A stretch of 64,000 nt of DNA from Ramazzottius varieornatus (taxonomy: Eukaryota; Animalia; Tardigrada): NCBI GenBank assembly GCA_001949185.1, contig BDGG01000001.1, forward strand, positions 7,030,325 through 7,094,324, given 5' to 3'. A program made the translations under genes and the position numbers. Within the stretch, counting starts at the first letter, position 1, and every line of letters starts with the position of its first letter. A model generated the notes under the pieces. That model made no database searches. It was not told the origin of the DNA and was given only the letters and a program-made list of their open reading frames with translations. Shown here piece by piece: positions 38,906-51,830 of this stretch.

Positions 38906-41900
38906 ATGCGCAAAAGGTGTTTGACTTCCTCCCTTCATGGTGGGCATTTTGGACTGTCGAACTAGGGCGTAGCACCTGTGAAATGCAGGCACTGATGTTC
39001 AATCAAGTTGTGTCTTTTGGGTGGGTCGCTAGATCTAGACGAAATCTCACCGATGTTGGATCTTCCATCACGTCAATTGCTTCTAAAACCAAATTGGTCG
39101 ACGCGGTGTCTCAGCTGGCTAATCTGCTACTGCTAAAAATACGTGTCGAGCTTGATATGCCGACAGCCATTTGACCGCGGGCTCGTGCTGCTCGTTGCTG
39201 CAGAATATTGGAACGTTGTTTTGCGCAAACTACTTCTCGCTGCAAGATGCCGCATTTGTCAGATTCACACTCTGCACCGCGATGAAGTTATCCACTCGTC
39301 CTTATGAAGTGATTTACAACCGCGCTGGGGGAATAAATCCATAACTGCTCTCCGATGTTTGGCCCTATTCGAAAACACCTGGTAGGTCAGGCAAGTACCG
39401 AGTGGGCGAACTACGTGGTAAATTTAGCCAGGATATTCGCAAGAAAATTCGTGTTTTAGCGGAAAAGGGAGCACAGCGACAAGCTAGCGCGGTCTGATGA
39501 ACGCGATCCTTCGCTACTCAAGCCGCTAGCTGATGTTAGTCTGGTCGACGCAGCGAGCGGTAGGTCTGCTATATCTGTCAACGTTGCGTAGTCGTTCGTA
39601 TTGAATCACATCTGATGACAAATCATTTGCGATAGCGGGGCTTGAAGACCAAGAGTCGGACAACTTCAAGGCCGACAAAAACAGCCGTCCCTTCAGACAC
39701 TTCAAGGAGCAGAATGGAAAGCTACAAGGACGTTTTTCCCCAGACGGCATAACTAAGAATGCCAGATTTAACGACGTTCTAGCCAGTTTTACGCCGGACT
39801 ACGTCACACATCTGCTGCCACGATCCACAACGGCATACCCCCTCCATTACGCAGTCCGAAATTTCAATACACCACTTTTAGAGGTATGAGGGTACAACTT
39901 CACCTTCTGCGCTACATCCGGCAGTACGCCGCGTAGTACCGCCGGTGCGATCATGCTTCCTTCGTACTGCAGAGTTTGCTGAAAAATGAAGAATGGGTAA
40001 AAAGCATCGACTGCCGGGGATCCGAACGGAGAGGGGAAACGCCGTTGCACGTGGTACGGGTATTATGACAGTTTTTCGGACATATACTGCAGCATGTCTT
40101 GCTGTAGTTTGCACAAGTTACTTCCTTGCACTCGTAATCTAGGCGGCTGAAGTCAACAATTTGGATGCGTTGAAGATCTTGCTGGCCCATGGCGCAAATC
40201 CTCTCATTCGTCAGACAGACTATCAAGGTCTACAGGTCGTCCATGTTGCTGCCGCTTGTGGTGTGTGAGCTTTTCAAACCTAATATTTTAAAGACGCATT
40301 CGAGTCTGCAAAACGTCAGAAGGATATATCTCCGTGGTTCCGCATGTTTTAGCGGCGTACGAAGTGCTGAAGTATATGGTCGTGGACCTCGTGTTTTACG
40401 GTATGTACCATAAAACTGTCGCGTACTCATACTCTCAATACAACCCTCTCCATGGTCAATCTGGATCGTTTGGCTGCAGCAAGCGTCGCTTTCACCCAAG
40501 CAACCGATCTGGAAGGAGGTACTGCAGTACAATGGGCGGTATTCTCCGCCAATATCCGTTGTGTCAGACTGCTGCTGGAAAGAGGATGCGCTATCGACCG
40601 GCAGTCCACCAAGGTTAGAACCAAGGACGATACAGCTCCCATTGGCTCTATGGCATTGTGATGGACTTTCTTTGATTGTTTTTGTTCTTAGGGATGGAAA
40701 TCAACACCGGTACATTCGGCATGTATCGGAGGCTCACTGGAGATGCTCAAGCTGATGGCCAATATCCGTCCGGAAGAGTTCCGCCACGCGCTGAAAATAA
40801 AGGACGCGGAGGGTTCGACACCTCTCCACCGAGCTTGTATCCTAGATCGTGGCGACCTTGTAGAATTCCTGCTGGACCATGGAGCGTCTCCATATGAGTT
40901 AGACAATGAGAGCCGATCAGTGATCATTCTGTCTGCTATACGGGAAGCATGGCAGTCTGCCGCGATATGTCTGAAATGGGGCGTGGATCCATTGGTTTGT
41001 GACCGGAAGTATCAGCGCCATGTGGGACATCATGCGGCCATGGCGGGCTCGGACCCGACCAGCTGTCCCCCTCTGATCAGGATAATCGATGCGGTCAGTT
41101 ATTCGTCGACTCGCGTGCTGCGATTATCGCCGACATGCCAATGTTCGCATTTTTGCAGAATCCGAAGCTGAGGAAAAAGTTAGACGCGGAAGACATGTTC
41201 GGGTACACTTGCTTGCAGTATGCTGCGGGGTAAGTTGTTGAAGCATAGAACAGCAACAACGCTTCAGGGTGAATTTTGGCTGCTCAACAGTCCAAGAATG
41301 AATTAATGTCCCGCAATAAATTTTTGCGCTGGAAGGTATAGCCTGATGAGAAGTAATTACTTTCCTTGGAGGTATGGACATGTTGCCACGTTTGTCGGAC
41401 TTCTGCAGACTGGCGCCGACATATCCGTCCGAAACCAGAAGGACAAAACGGCGCTACACTACGCCGCCAAGTACGTTCATGGCGCCTGCTTAGTCTTCGG
41501 AATGGCGCCTATACAGTCTTCTTGCGATTCCTCATTCGGATCTTTGTGTTTTCTAGATACGGTCAGTTAGAGATTGTTCGGACCATACTCGACAGACCAG
41601 ATGGCTTGGCAATTCTAAATTATTTTGATCATCGAGGTACTCAATTTCCCCCCGACATAGTACCTCGTTTGCATGCGCCACCTGCTGAAGTACCCTTGCT
41701 TTTGTAGATCGAACGGCTTTGCATCTGGCCTGTTCGTACGGCCATTTCGAGATTGTGGAGCTCCTGCTCTTCAAAGGATCTTTTCCTTTTCGGTAAAAAC
41801 TTTGCTCCATGGTTAACGATCGCTCGAACTTCAAAGCAATCACGTGCACCATGCCAAACTACCCATATTTGCAGGAACGATCTAGGAAAAACGCCGTTTC

Positions 41901-44820
41901 ACGTGGCTGCTTCCAAGAACCACAAAACAATTCTTGAGTCTATCGTAACTTACTTTGCGCTGGTTCTCAATGCAAAAGACAAAGATGGGGTGAGTTCGAC
42001 ACATAATCGAGCTAGAATTCCTGAGTGTCAGCCTCAACGACATGTAGTAGCTTCTACCGGCAGAACACAGCCCTACACGACGCAGCGGCGAACGATGCTG
42101 GTGAGGCTGTACGGTATCTCCTGTCCCTCGACGCGAAAATTACACAGAATGCCGACAACCAAACACCCATGGATTTGGCTGTCGCAAACAGTAACGAGAA
42201 TGCAGCCATAGCCTTTATCACCAGTCCGCAATGGAAGCAAACTGTGATGACACCGTCTGTGAAATATGGCAACGTAGTCCTTGGACTCATCTCCCATCTA
42301 CCGGATGTGATGAGCGTAAGTCATCCACAACCTGCACAATTTGAGCTCCGTATTTGGGAGGTCGAGAGCCGAAACGTGCGAGAGCGTTATTTCAGAGAGC
42401 GCACGCCTGTAGCCGGTAACAATGGTTACGTGCGCCACTTGAGATGACGATCTTGTAAGTTTCGTTTGCCTACCTCGCGCCCATGTTGTGTTGGAATTGT
42501 AGCTATGCCTGGACCGATGCGTCACGAAAACCTACGACTCCGCGAAGCCAGACGATTTCCAGGCAAGACTCGCGTTAACGCTGTTCTTCGCAAATAATTT
42601 CCAAGTGGTGACTTTTGTTACAGATTTGCTATGACTTTGAGGTCTTGCATCCATCTTCTGATGTGACTGTCCAGTCTAATGACTGTTGGGGTAGGGCGAC
42701 AAAACGTCAGATAGGACCCAGTCACACGATGAAGCTCATGGCGGTGTATGGACGGGTTGAGTTGCTGGCGCATCCTTTATGCACTTGTTTCCTTGAAAGA
42801 AAATGGTGAGTGAGTTCAGCCGGGATGACTAAAGGTGGTTAGGGTACGTATCCTGGGTGAAGAAGTCAACATTGGGTTTTATCTAGGATTAAGTACGGCA
42901 TGTACTGTGCCGGGTTCTCCATGCTGTGCAACCTGGTCTTCGTGTGCCTCCTCAGCTACGTTGTGATAACCGCGGTGGAAACAGAACTGCGGCCACACCT
43001 CCTCAAAAAGTCTTTTGTCAACGTGGCGTACCATACTTCCAACTTGACAGATACCAGCCCAGCATTTCAGGCGCTTTACCAACAAGCTTTCCATCCCGAA
43101 AGACCTCGCTTCGAGGACGCACCATCCTTGATCATCATGATGATCGCACTGGCTTTGATCGTAGTAAAGGAGATGGCCGAAGTCCGTTCCGAGGTATAAC
43201 TGTATCCTGTTCCCTGATGGAGTTCCGTGTTTCATACGAAAAAGTCACTTGCAGGGCCTCAAGTACTTCAAGACCTTGATGAATTACTCGCAGTTGCTGA
43301 TGTTCGGATCTTGCCTGGCCTTTCTTGTCTGCTTCTACATTGATTTCTATAACCACAGCATCAACGACTGGACCTTCCAGTTCGCAGCAGTTGCCATATT
43401 CCTCGCCTGGTTCAACCTCTTCCGCTTTTGCCGGCCTTTCGGAACCTTCGGTGTCTACTCCTTTATGTTCTTCTCCATCTTGAAGACGTTGATCCAAGTG
43501 TCTTTCTTCTTTTTTCTGCTCACCGCTGGCTTCACGGCCGCCTTCTGCACACTCCAGCAAACCCGCGTGTTTCCCAACAATACCGAATACTATGCTTACA
43601 ACGTGAGCCAAAGTGTTTGACTTTCGGGTTCGACAATCTCCATGAATTTCACGCACGCATACTACTGTAATGCTTCTTTAACTTCGCGAATCACGTGAGT
43701 GTACGCGTGGAGTTAAATCCTGATTCGGTGACTATAACCTACCAAGCCCCCGGGGGGATGTGTCGCGCGTATCATGACGTATTCGCTAAGTTGAAGAAGC
43801 ATTACAGTATAGTGTAATTTTTTCTTTCTAGCCGGAACCTGATCCTTCGGTGCTCCGCACGCCCTTCTCGACGGTCTACACTTCCGCCTTGCAAATAGGC
43901 GCCATGACCATTGGGGACCTCGAGTCCCATGACATGTTCATCTCCCCCTTCATGAATGGCATGTTCGAGTACCCTGTCATTTCCTTTATGTTCTACGCGG
44001 TGTTTCTCATCCTAATGCCGATCTTATTGAACAACCTTCTGGTGAGTCTCAATCAGAGTAGTATTGATTGACCTAGCCTTGAAGCACAGCCAAAATAAGT
44101 GGCTATTCTTTCATAGACGGGTCTAGCCATTGGTGATATGGCGGCTATTCAGGCCAATGCTCTTTCCCTTCGTCTGGTGATGCAAGTATACCTCCACGAG
44201 TCTCTGGAGCGGGTACTTCCAAGCAGGCTGCTCAACAAGCTTCGCAAAGACATGCAGGAGTACAAAGTCCACTCAAAAGCCAAGTCCCACTTCAAGAGTC
44301 GAGTATATTTTTCGAAGGATATGTCGCGCTTTCTGAATCTATGCTTCTTTCTCTGCTTTCTCCTTCCAGCTTGCAAGATGGCTCCAGTCTGGAGGAATCA
44401 CCGAGCCCACCTTGCCAGGCCGTATCGACAACGATCTTGAACTCGCAGATGGTCCTTCACGAACTGCACGAGAGCCGCCCTCAACGGAAAAGCTTCACCG
44501 GAAGTAAGGGAATACTCTGAAAAAGTACAACCATATTCTACTGGTAAAGGAAATCCTTCTATACATTCAAATTTAATAGACTTCAGCAGCTGGAGAATAG
44601 CTTCCTGGAGCAGACGAACATGCTTGTGCAAGTGCTGCAGCGTCTCGACAAAATGACCGCTAACGATGACGCGTTTGCCGGGAATGGCTTTTACACCAGC
44701 TCGTTGTCTGAACGGGCTCGACGAAGGGGTGAGCGGATTGAGGAAGACCGCAGGCATGCAGAACGCCTGAACTTTCCGCAGAGATCGCGTCATAGTGTTT
44801 CACAAGTGATTGACGAGTGA
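38906..44820 (+). CDS. TRPA1: TRPA1-like ankyrin-repeat cation channel (>20 exons), 5' exons uncertain
   Basis: About 14 ankyrin repeats (PLHYA, TPLHV, TPLHRA, TALHYAA, TALHLAC, TPFHVAA, TALHDAA), GRVELLAHPLC..FLERKW, AVAIFLAWFNL, FGVYSFMF, pore MTIGD, ILMPILLNNLL|TGLAIGD, C-terminal coiled coil. Confidence 0.92.
42353..42476. repeat. Intronic fold-back element
   Basis: GAGAGCGCAC-N25-GTGCGCCACTTG with TTGGGAGGTCG outer arm, TRPA1 intron. Confidence 0.85.
43665..43807. mobile_element. Tc1/mariner-type MITE inside a TRPA1 intron
   Basis: TA TSD. TIR CTGTAATGCTTCTTTAACTTCGCGAAT / rc CTGTAATGCTTCTTCAACTTAGCGAAT. Confidence 0.88.
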
Positions 44821-44952
44821 CAACTATTGGCTTTATAATCAGCTCAATATTACTCGTATCCCATTGTTTGTTGTGGTTTCTCATTTGTGAGTCATGAGTT
44901 ACAATCAAACGCTTTCTGCTGACCTCGTGGTCAAGTGGCGAATTCGTCGTTG

Positions 44953-45217
44953 GATCAGGTGCGGAAGTGTGACTTGTCCCCTTAAAACACCTTAACCATG
45001 AAAATTCATAGTTCTGTCCCCCCTCGTTCTGTCGTTCCAAACTTTTTTTTTCTGTCAGTCCACCAACTCCCATCCCTTGTTCGACACTTCATTGATTCAA
45101 GTGCCGTGCTAGTATGGGTCTTCAAGTTGATCTAAAAGTTCGAGATATGGCGTCAGAAAAAAAGTTAACTTCGGCATGCAGAGGACAAGGGGACGAGTCA
45201 TACTTCCGCACCTGATA
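44953..45217. mobile_element. Mariner-type MITE just downstream of the TRPA1 stop
   Basis: TIR ATCAGGTGCGGAAGTGTGACTTGTCCCCTT / rc ATCAGGTGCGGAAGTATGACTCGTCCCCTT, resembling Mos1-type TCAGGTG..AAGTATG ends. Confidence 0.88.
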
Positions 45218-45267
45218 CATCTCACGTGGTTTACCGTGACGTCAAAGAATCTAAGCTACGAGTCACC

Positions 45268-45480
45268 TAGTGATGTTCTAATATAGTAATATTTTGTTAA
45301 AGTAGATGATGGTAGATGGTTTTAGGATCTACTATATTTAGTAATATCTAGTACACAGATATGGGCGTTGAAACCCGATATGGATATTTTAGAAGTTCGA
45401 AACAGAGGTCCGACAATCTATTATTATTTAGATGTTCATCACTTGTTTTAAAATATATTAATATTAGAGTACCGCTGCCG
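45268..45480. mobile_element. Orphan left end of a TAGTGATG-type hAT element
   Basis: TAGTGATGTTCTA followed by TAGAT/ATATT-rich repeats. No partner TIR or TSD found. Confidence 0.45.
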
Positions 45481-46399
45481 TTGATTTGAAAAACCGGTTG
45501 ATTTGCTAAATTCTGATCCGTATGCGCTGTTAGGTATGTGGTGTGCGAATGGCACCCGGGCTTGCTTTACGCGTAAGACTGCGGCCAGGACCATACATAA
45601 CGAGGACCAAAGTCCCATTAGATCCTATCAGTCGATCTTCCCTGGACCCTGGTAGCGGGATGATCAAGAGTTGATCTGAGCTCTCCAGAACGGCCCAGTT
45701 GTCGCTTAAACTGATTTAAGAAGTCAAACCAGAATCCACAAAACATCTCCGGTGAAGTGGCCAGGAGGCCAAAAGTACTTTGCCAAAAGTGCGCAGATGA
45801 GACAGAGCTTAGGTGAAGAACACCCATCAGCATTTACGTCAAGGGCCGGAGGATCAAGTCATGATCTGACTTTTTACGAAGGAATACCGTAATCGTACGA
45901 GGTAAACGACATAACTCGGGCATATCGATTTTCGCACCATAATTCGGACAACGCGAAAAGTTTGAACATTACGCAGGTTGCGATTTCTCAAGGGTCCAAA
46001 ACAAATCGCACAGAAATGGCAATTCAAAGATGGAAAATGAAAGTTAGCCCGCCCACGAGCCAATCAGGCGAGAGATTCTTCTATTTCGATGCGATTTCGA
46101 ATTTCCGTGCTTTTCCGCTCCCATCAAAATTCCGAAATTTTGATGGGACCCCAGCAGGGGAGCCACCTCAACTGCCCCCAAACACGAAAATTCAAGATCA
46201 GCTCAGATACCGCTCATTGATTTACTGATACTTCACATCGACTTCTGTACCACCTGGGGGGTTCAGTGGTGCGTGGGACCCTTCACTCAATCTGAGCGGT
46301 TTTCCAGCAGTCGCATGTTCTGGTCATAGAAAGCTGTGTGCTCATGATTTCCCTTCCTATTTTGAAGTATTCTTCCCAGTTGTAACCCGCACCACAGGT

Positions 46400-47877
46400 A
46401 TGGCTGCGGGAGGAAGTGCCGATGAGACGTTGGGGGGATACCAGGCGATCGGGTTACTCAGCGCGGAGAACGGGCAGGTGACTTACTTCGACGCGAAGGC
46501 GATAACTTACGAATTCTTCACACCAGATTCATCGATTCTATCTTACTCCCCGACCAGTCCTGATGTTGGAAGTCCAACTAGCGAAGTTGGAGATCCAACT
46601 GGTCCCGAGAACGACAATGTCAAGTTAGAGGACGAGATGGTGGACGATAGTTACAAGCCAAAAAAGTGTCGCCGTACAGCGATCGCGAACAAGGACAATT
46701 CTGAAGAAGGTACTGCTTACCTGTTCTTTACAAGAGTGGAGACTGTTATGCAGTACGACCCGTATCAGTTCTCACATGGGTCGCCAGAGAACAAGGCCTG
46801 CGGGGTCGGATCGTCAGGGATTTGCAGCATAAAAAGATTATCCGTGTTTCAGCCAGAACAAAGGAGAACCTAGTCGCTTACCTGAATCGACATCTGTCTG
46901 CTTTCCCCCTGAAACATAAGACGCCTCGAACCGGAGAAGAGTTAGACGGGAAAGGGCCAGACTGGACTGATCGAGACTTGATTCTATCGGACTTGTTCGA
47001 CCAAGTCAGCGCAAAGGCAAGGGAGAATGACTCGAAGATAAAGGAAAAAGACAAGCAGCGCACAAAGCCATCAGTCTAGGCTCAAAAACTGGACGGAAGA
47101 TATCTGATCTCAAGGCAGCTGCTAAATCCATATCGTGCTCGGAGGTGGAAAAGAGCTTGGACATCGAAAAGACCAAGCCTAGCGAAGCAGACCATATCAA
47201 CCAGCTGAAAAAGACTCTGGCAGAAATTGACGAAGGTAAGAATTTCCTTGAATAGACATGAATATTTCTTACCTGACAATGCCTCCTCCCTTTCAGAGGA
47301 CAAGCGGCTTGGAGCTCCAAGCTTTGTTGGATCTCCAACGTCAACCACCGTCGACAAAAAATTCTCGTCGATAAGCGAGTCCGAAAGACTAAAGCAGGTT
47401 GGAGCTCAAACAAAGCCAAAGACAGGAGTGGATCGGAAAATCAAGGATTCAAGGTCGAGAATCGGTAGGACCTTATATTTAAACTGTTCTTCTATGACAT
47501 TGAGTTCGCAAAAATACTTTTGTTAAGACAATGTACTGGAATAATGAACAAACCGAGCGCCGGTGAAGAAAGCGAGGAGAAGATTCGCAAGAGGGCAATG
47601 GATCGACCGTTCAAGCGTCGTAATGATGAGCTGCTGGCGAAGATGGAAGAAGATACCGAGTCTGTCCCGAAAAGACAACTGGACTTCCTTATCCATGATA
47701 AAGAGCTGCGCGAGAAAGATCGGCATTTTCAAAAGGAAGAAACGGGGAGGGAACGCCACTACAAGACAGGAGCAAGAACGTACATTGCAATTCATGTTCC
47801 AATCGCAGACTCAGCTGTTAGAAAAAGTCTTTAATACTAAATCTGGTTTCAAAGTCTGCGAAAAAAAATCTGCGTGA
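46400..47877 (+). pseudogene. Harbinger accessory (Myb/SANT-like plus coiled-coil) ORF, frameshifted
   Basis: Fragmented ORFs (V.QYDPYQFSHGS..KA, RTGEE..WTDRDLILSDL, charged coiled-coil tail) convergent on the transposase. Myb/SANT identity is inferred from Harbinger architecture. Confidence 0.55.
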
Positions 47878-47916
47878 ATCTTTAATTTGGAGTTCCAAAT
47901 GCTTGGAGATCCAAGC

Positions 47917-49100
47917 TCAGTTTTTGTCGAGATGACGCTCTAGATCTGGTGAGTCTGTATTAGAGATAGATGTCGCTATTACGAATCCATAAACACTGGT
48001 ATGGCAGTTCGTCAGAAAAGCAGAAACACTGTTTTGCTGGTAATTACCAAAAGCGAAATACTGGCCAATTTTTCCAATCCCGCACTCAACAACTATTCGA
48101 CAAGAGGCCATATCTCCGTTGAATTTCTTTTCTTCTTCCGTCAAGTCTGCGCCTTCGAAAGAACGCTGAACAACGTCCGAGATGACGTAGCCACGATCCC
48201 CGAATACGCAGTACAGCTTCCCCCATTCTTCATTCTTTGCTTGGAGGCGAGCAATTAGGTTTCTCTGAGCCAGCATGAAACAGTCGTGCCTTCTTCCCTC
48301 TGCTAGTCCCCACAAATTCACTATCAAACCGTCGGGAGCTACAATACTTTGCCACTTGAGGACGTGCAGTCGATAATGTCCGCTGTAGTAGTCCCTTTGA
48401 TCAGCTCCCGGTCGACAGATTGGCCGAGCAGTTCCGTCCACAAAAGCCCAGCAATTGTCTAAAAAGAAAATAACCACTGATTAGATATTTGGAGATCCAA
48501 ATAGGTTGGAGTTCCAACATCAAGACATACCATATCGTCCACCGCGTCGGTAAACAGCACGCGCATAATGTTCGACGTCTTCTCGGGCCAGCCAGGGTTG
48601 ATCCAGCGATTCTAGTCGATGGCAGTGCTTCGAATACAGCCAGTCGACCAGCGTGTTGTAGATCCTAGATAACTGCGTAACGTCTAGTCTAAGAAGATCT
48701 GCTAGATCTATCCACCTCGAAGGATAAGCCATCCTTCGCAGCACTATCGCAAAAGCTACCTAACACGGGCTCCATTGGAGCAAGTCATGTCTAATTCCGG
48801 GGAATGTCGAACGTAGTAGGGCTCAGTCAGCAGATTCTCTGTCCTCAGTGCATAGTGGATTCGTCGCCGTCCGGATAACCGTTCTTGCTCTTCGAAAAAC
48901 TGGACCATTCGCGAAGAGGACTCGGACATCGTGGAATTTGGAGTTCCAAACAGCCTGGAGCTTCAAGCGAGAAGCAACGGTAACCTCAAACGTACAAGCG
49001 AGTCGCAATCACCAGGTGATTCTGAGCTAGTACCAAAGACAACAACCAGCTTGGAGCTCCAAGCAGCAGTGCGCACTCCTATCCTCCGTTGGATGATGAA
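47917..49100 (-). pseudogene. Harbinger (HARBI1-like DDE_Tnp_4) transposase, intron-containing, partly deleted
   Basis: LRRMAYPSRWIDL, NCWAFVDGTARPICRP, YSGHYRLHVLKWQSIVAPDG, GRRHD, FGDRGY, FNGDMASCRIVVE. Confidence 0.9.
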
Positions 49101-49869
49101 GAAGAACCTTCCTTGAAGATCGTTTGCTGGGACGTAAGCGATGACCAAGCAATGGAACACGAAGAGTAACTTCCGGTCAAAATACGAATCATTTTCTGTG
49201 CGAAACCCTTGTGTGAAATTCACACGCAGAAAAAACGAAAATCATGGAAATTGTAATTCAGCAATTTCTATTTCCATTTCTGTGCGATCGATTTACCGTG
49301 CGTTTTGACCGATCAAGAAATCGCAATCAGCCTATTATCGTCAATGCTGATACAACATTAGGCTTTTTAACATTTGACAGACCCACCTCCCTCCCAGGCC
49401 AAATTCCCGTCATCCAGAACGCTTTGTCGTTCTCAAATCTTTTTGAAACTTGAGAAGAGAGATCAATGTACCTCAGGAAACAAAAAGCAGTTCATTATGC
49501 GCAGCAGAAGCTGAGAAAACAATGCCCGAATTACGAGTGAAAGACCCCTATGCCCGATTATGTCGTTTACCTCGTCCAGTCGATGACGTAACGAATTTGC
49601 TTCCGCTTCGATATTCACCAAACGCAATCGATCAACTAACCACTTGATACTGCGTCCTACGGTACCTTCAGTCAAGGCGAAGTGTACTAGCTCCTCACGA
49701 GTGTCCGCAGCGCAAGTCACTGTCACGATCACCGGTTACCCACACAGTAGTCACTCGTTCGGCTCTTCATCGGCAGAATCGTGTACTTCCGCGGGACCAT
49801 CCGTCTTCAGCTATCATATCCTGTGCTGTTTCATCCAGCCATCTTCAAGCAGAAACCTCCAGTTTCAAA

Positions 49870-51298
49870 ATGAAGATCTACAAGGACTTGTTGACCGGTA
49901 AGTTCGCGTGGAAAAATGTGGTTGAGTGTTACATCCAGCCTCAGTTGTTCCGTCAATCGATGTGCGATACATTCGTGTTTCCGTGCTTGTCCTGACCAAA
50001 ACTTGTTCTTTCAAGGAGATGAGATGTTCACTGACTCGTACCCTATGAAACTCGTGGACGACTGTATCTACGAAGTCACGGGAAAGGTGAGTCAGAAACA
50101 GTTTCCATCGCATCGAATATTTCGAGTTTTTGCGATATGGCTGACCAAATGCCGCGCTCGGTCGGGGTGACGGCAAGTGACAGGGTTGATATTCTGGTCA
50201 ATATGTCTTCCATGTCTTCCAGCTTGTTTTGCCTTGAAGTATTCCAAAGCTTATCGCTCTTGTGATTTCTTCTAGCACGTCACGAGGAAGGTCGGAGACA
50301 TCGTTCTGGCTGGCGCTAATCCTTCCGCTGAAGAAGCTGACGAAGGCACCGAAGACGCTGCTGAATCTGGGGTGGATATTGTCCTGAACCAGCGTCTATC
50401 CGAGATTGGCTTCCTCCAGGACAAGAAGCAGTTTCAGGGATGGTTGAAGGATTACATGAAGCTGTAAGTTGTACTTTTCAATATCATTCCCGCTCTGCCG
50501 TGAGTTTAATTTGGCGTCTCATTTTCAGCCTGTCTAAGAAGCTCGAAGAACAGAGCCCTGACAAGGTAGCCGACTTTAAGAAGAGGATTCAGCCAGCTGT
50601 GGTCAAGCTGATGCAGAGACATGGAGATTTCCAGTTCTTTACGGGTAATGTGCTGTTTACCCTTGTCAAAGTGGATTGATGTGGTTTCTCGGTTGCTTTC
50701 TTGTTCGATTCTCGACGAGTTTCGTAAGAAGCGACCGTAGATCGAAACTGCAGTTCTCATAGTTCTGAAGACGCTCTGTAGTCTTTAGTCTCCTGAACTC
50801 AAATATTCGCTTGGGATCGTAGTGGAGTATTCTTTTCAGATTACTTCTAGTTCCATTTACTGATACTGAAGTTTGCTGACTTCGAAAGAAAAGATCGACC
50901 GACAAACTGGCAAAATTGAGTCTCCAAGTGGCGCACGCTTCAGTGGTTTTAGCTGAAAGCCTGCGCCACCTGGGCGTGTTGAATTTGGCTGTTTTTCTCA
51001 CGCTGGCGCACGTTTCTCTGGTTATTGGCCGAAGACGTGCGCCACTTGTAGAGATGATCTTTGTTGCCAGATTATCGTAATATATTACCCTTTCAATTTC
51101 GGAAACAGGAAATAAATCGGTTTGGATTTTCCTGGTGCAAATTTCTGATCTTGGTACCTATGTATCTTGTCTCTTGCAGGAGAAAGCATGAACGCAGCCG
51201 AAGGAATGGTGGCCATGTGCGAATATAGGAACATCGGCGGCGTCGACACTCCCATCATGTCCTTCTTCAAGGATGGTTTGATCGAAGAGAAAGTTTAA
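49870..51298 (+). CDS. TPT1: Translationally controlled tumor protein, 5 exons
   Basis: MKIYKDLLT|GDEMFTDSYPMKLVDDCIYEVTGK|..GANPSAEEADEGTE..SGVDIVLNQRL..KDYMK..FQFFT|GESM..GMVAMCEYR..FFKDGLIEEKV*. Confidence 0.97.
50925..51065. repeat. Intronic fold-back element, double unit
   Basis: Cores at 50925-50972 and 51003-51048 in TCTP intron 4. Confidence 0.85.
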
Positions 51299-51705
51299 TC
51301 TGACAGAGCGTTGATCAGAGGCTCCAGAGATTCCAACCGTTGTCGAAAAGAGTTGAGCATATCGTAGCTCTTTCGGCCACAGTTTTTTACTGCGCTCTTT
51401 TACCTTATTTATAGCTGTAGCTGACTGACTTCCCTGCGTTGTAAGCTTGCTTACTTCACCTCGATACACGGTTTACTGTGCTCTGTCGTCCAATATCATC
51501 GTAGCCCTCGACCTCAGTAGTTGGCGAGAAATCTTGATCAAGTCCTGAAACAAAAACGCTGAACCAGAGCCGAATCCGAAGGCTCGAGTAATCGCGCCAA
51601 AAGCATGACTCAGGAGGGAGGCTGAAGTCAGGGACGCACCAGAATTTCGTAACCAGGTAAACCAAGTCGAAATATCCTCACGATAAACTAACAGTCCTTC
51701 ATGAA

Positions 51706-51830
51706 TGGGAGGTAAGCAAGCGCAACGTGCAAGATCGTTATCTCAAGTGGCGCACGTTTCGTTGTTACTTGCCGGACGCGTAGCGCCACTTGAGGAAGCG
51801 ATCTCGTAAGTTTCGCTATCAACCTCCTAA
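51706..51830. repeat. Fold-back element between TCTP and myosin VII coding regions
   Basis: TCAAGTGGCGCAC..GCGCCACTTGA with arms. Lies within a possible GTAAGC(51712)..CTGCAG(51871) non-coding intron. Confidence 0.85.

Larger units (their letters stand above)
45971..49333. mobile_element. PIF/Harbinger transposon (3.36 kb), degenerate
   Basis: Imperfect TIR (TTGCGATTTCT..GGTC.AAAAC..ATCGCACAGAAATGG on both ends), 3-bp flanks ATT/ATT, two convergent genes. Confidence 0.85.

Noticed and set aside
50088-51179. snoRNAs in TCTP introns (vertebrate TPT1 hosts SNORA31)
   Set aside because: No convincing C/D or H/ACA box arrangement by eye. It needs an Infernal or snoscan run.
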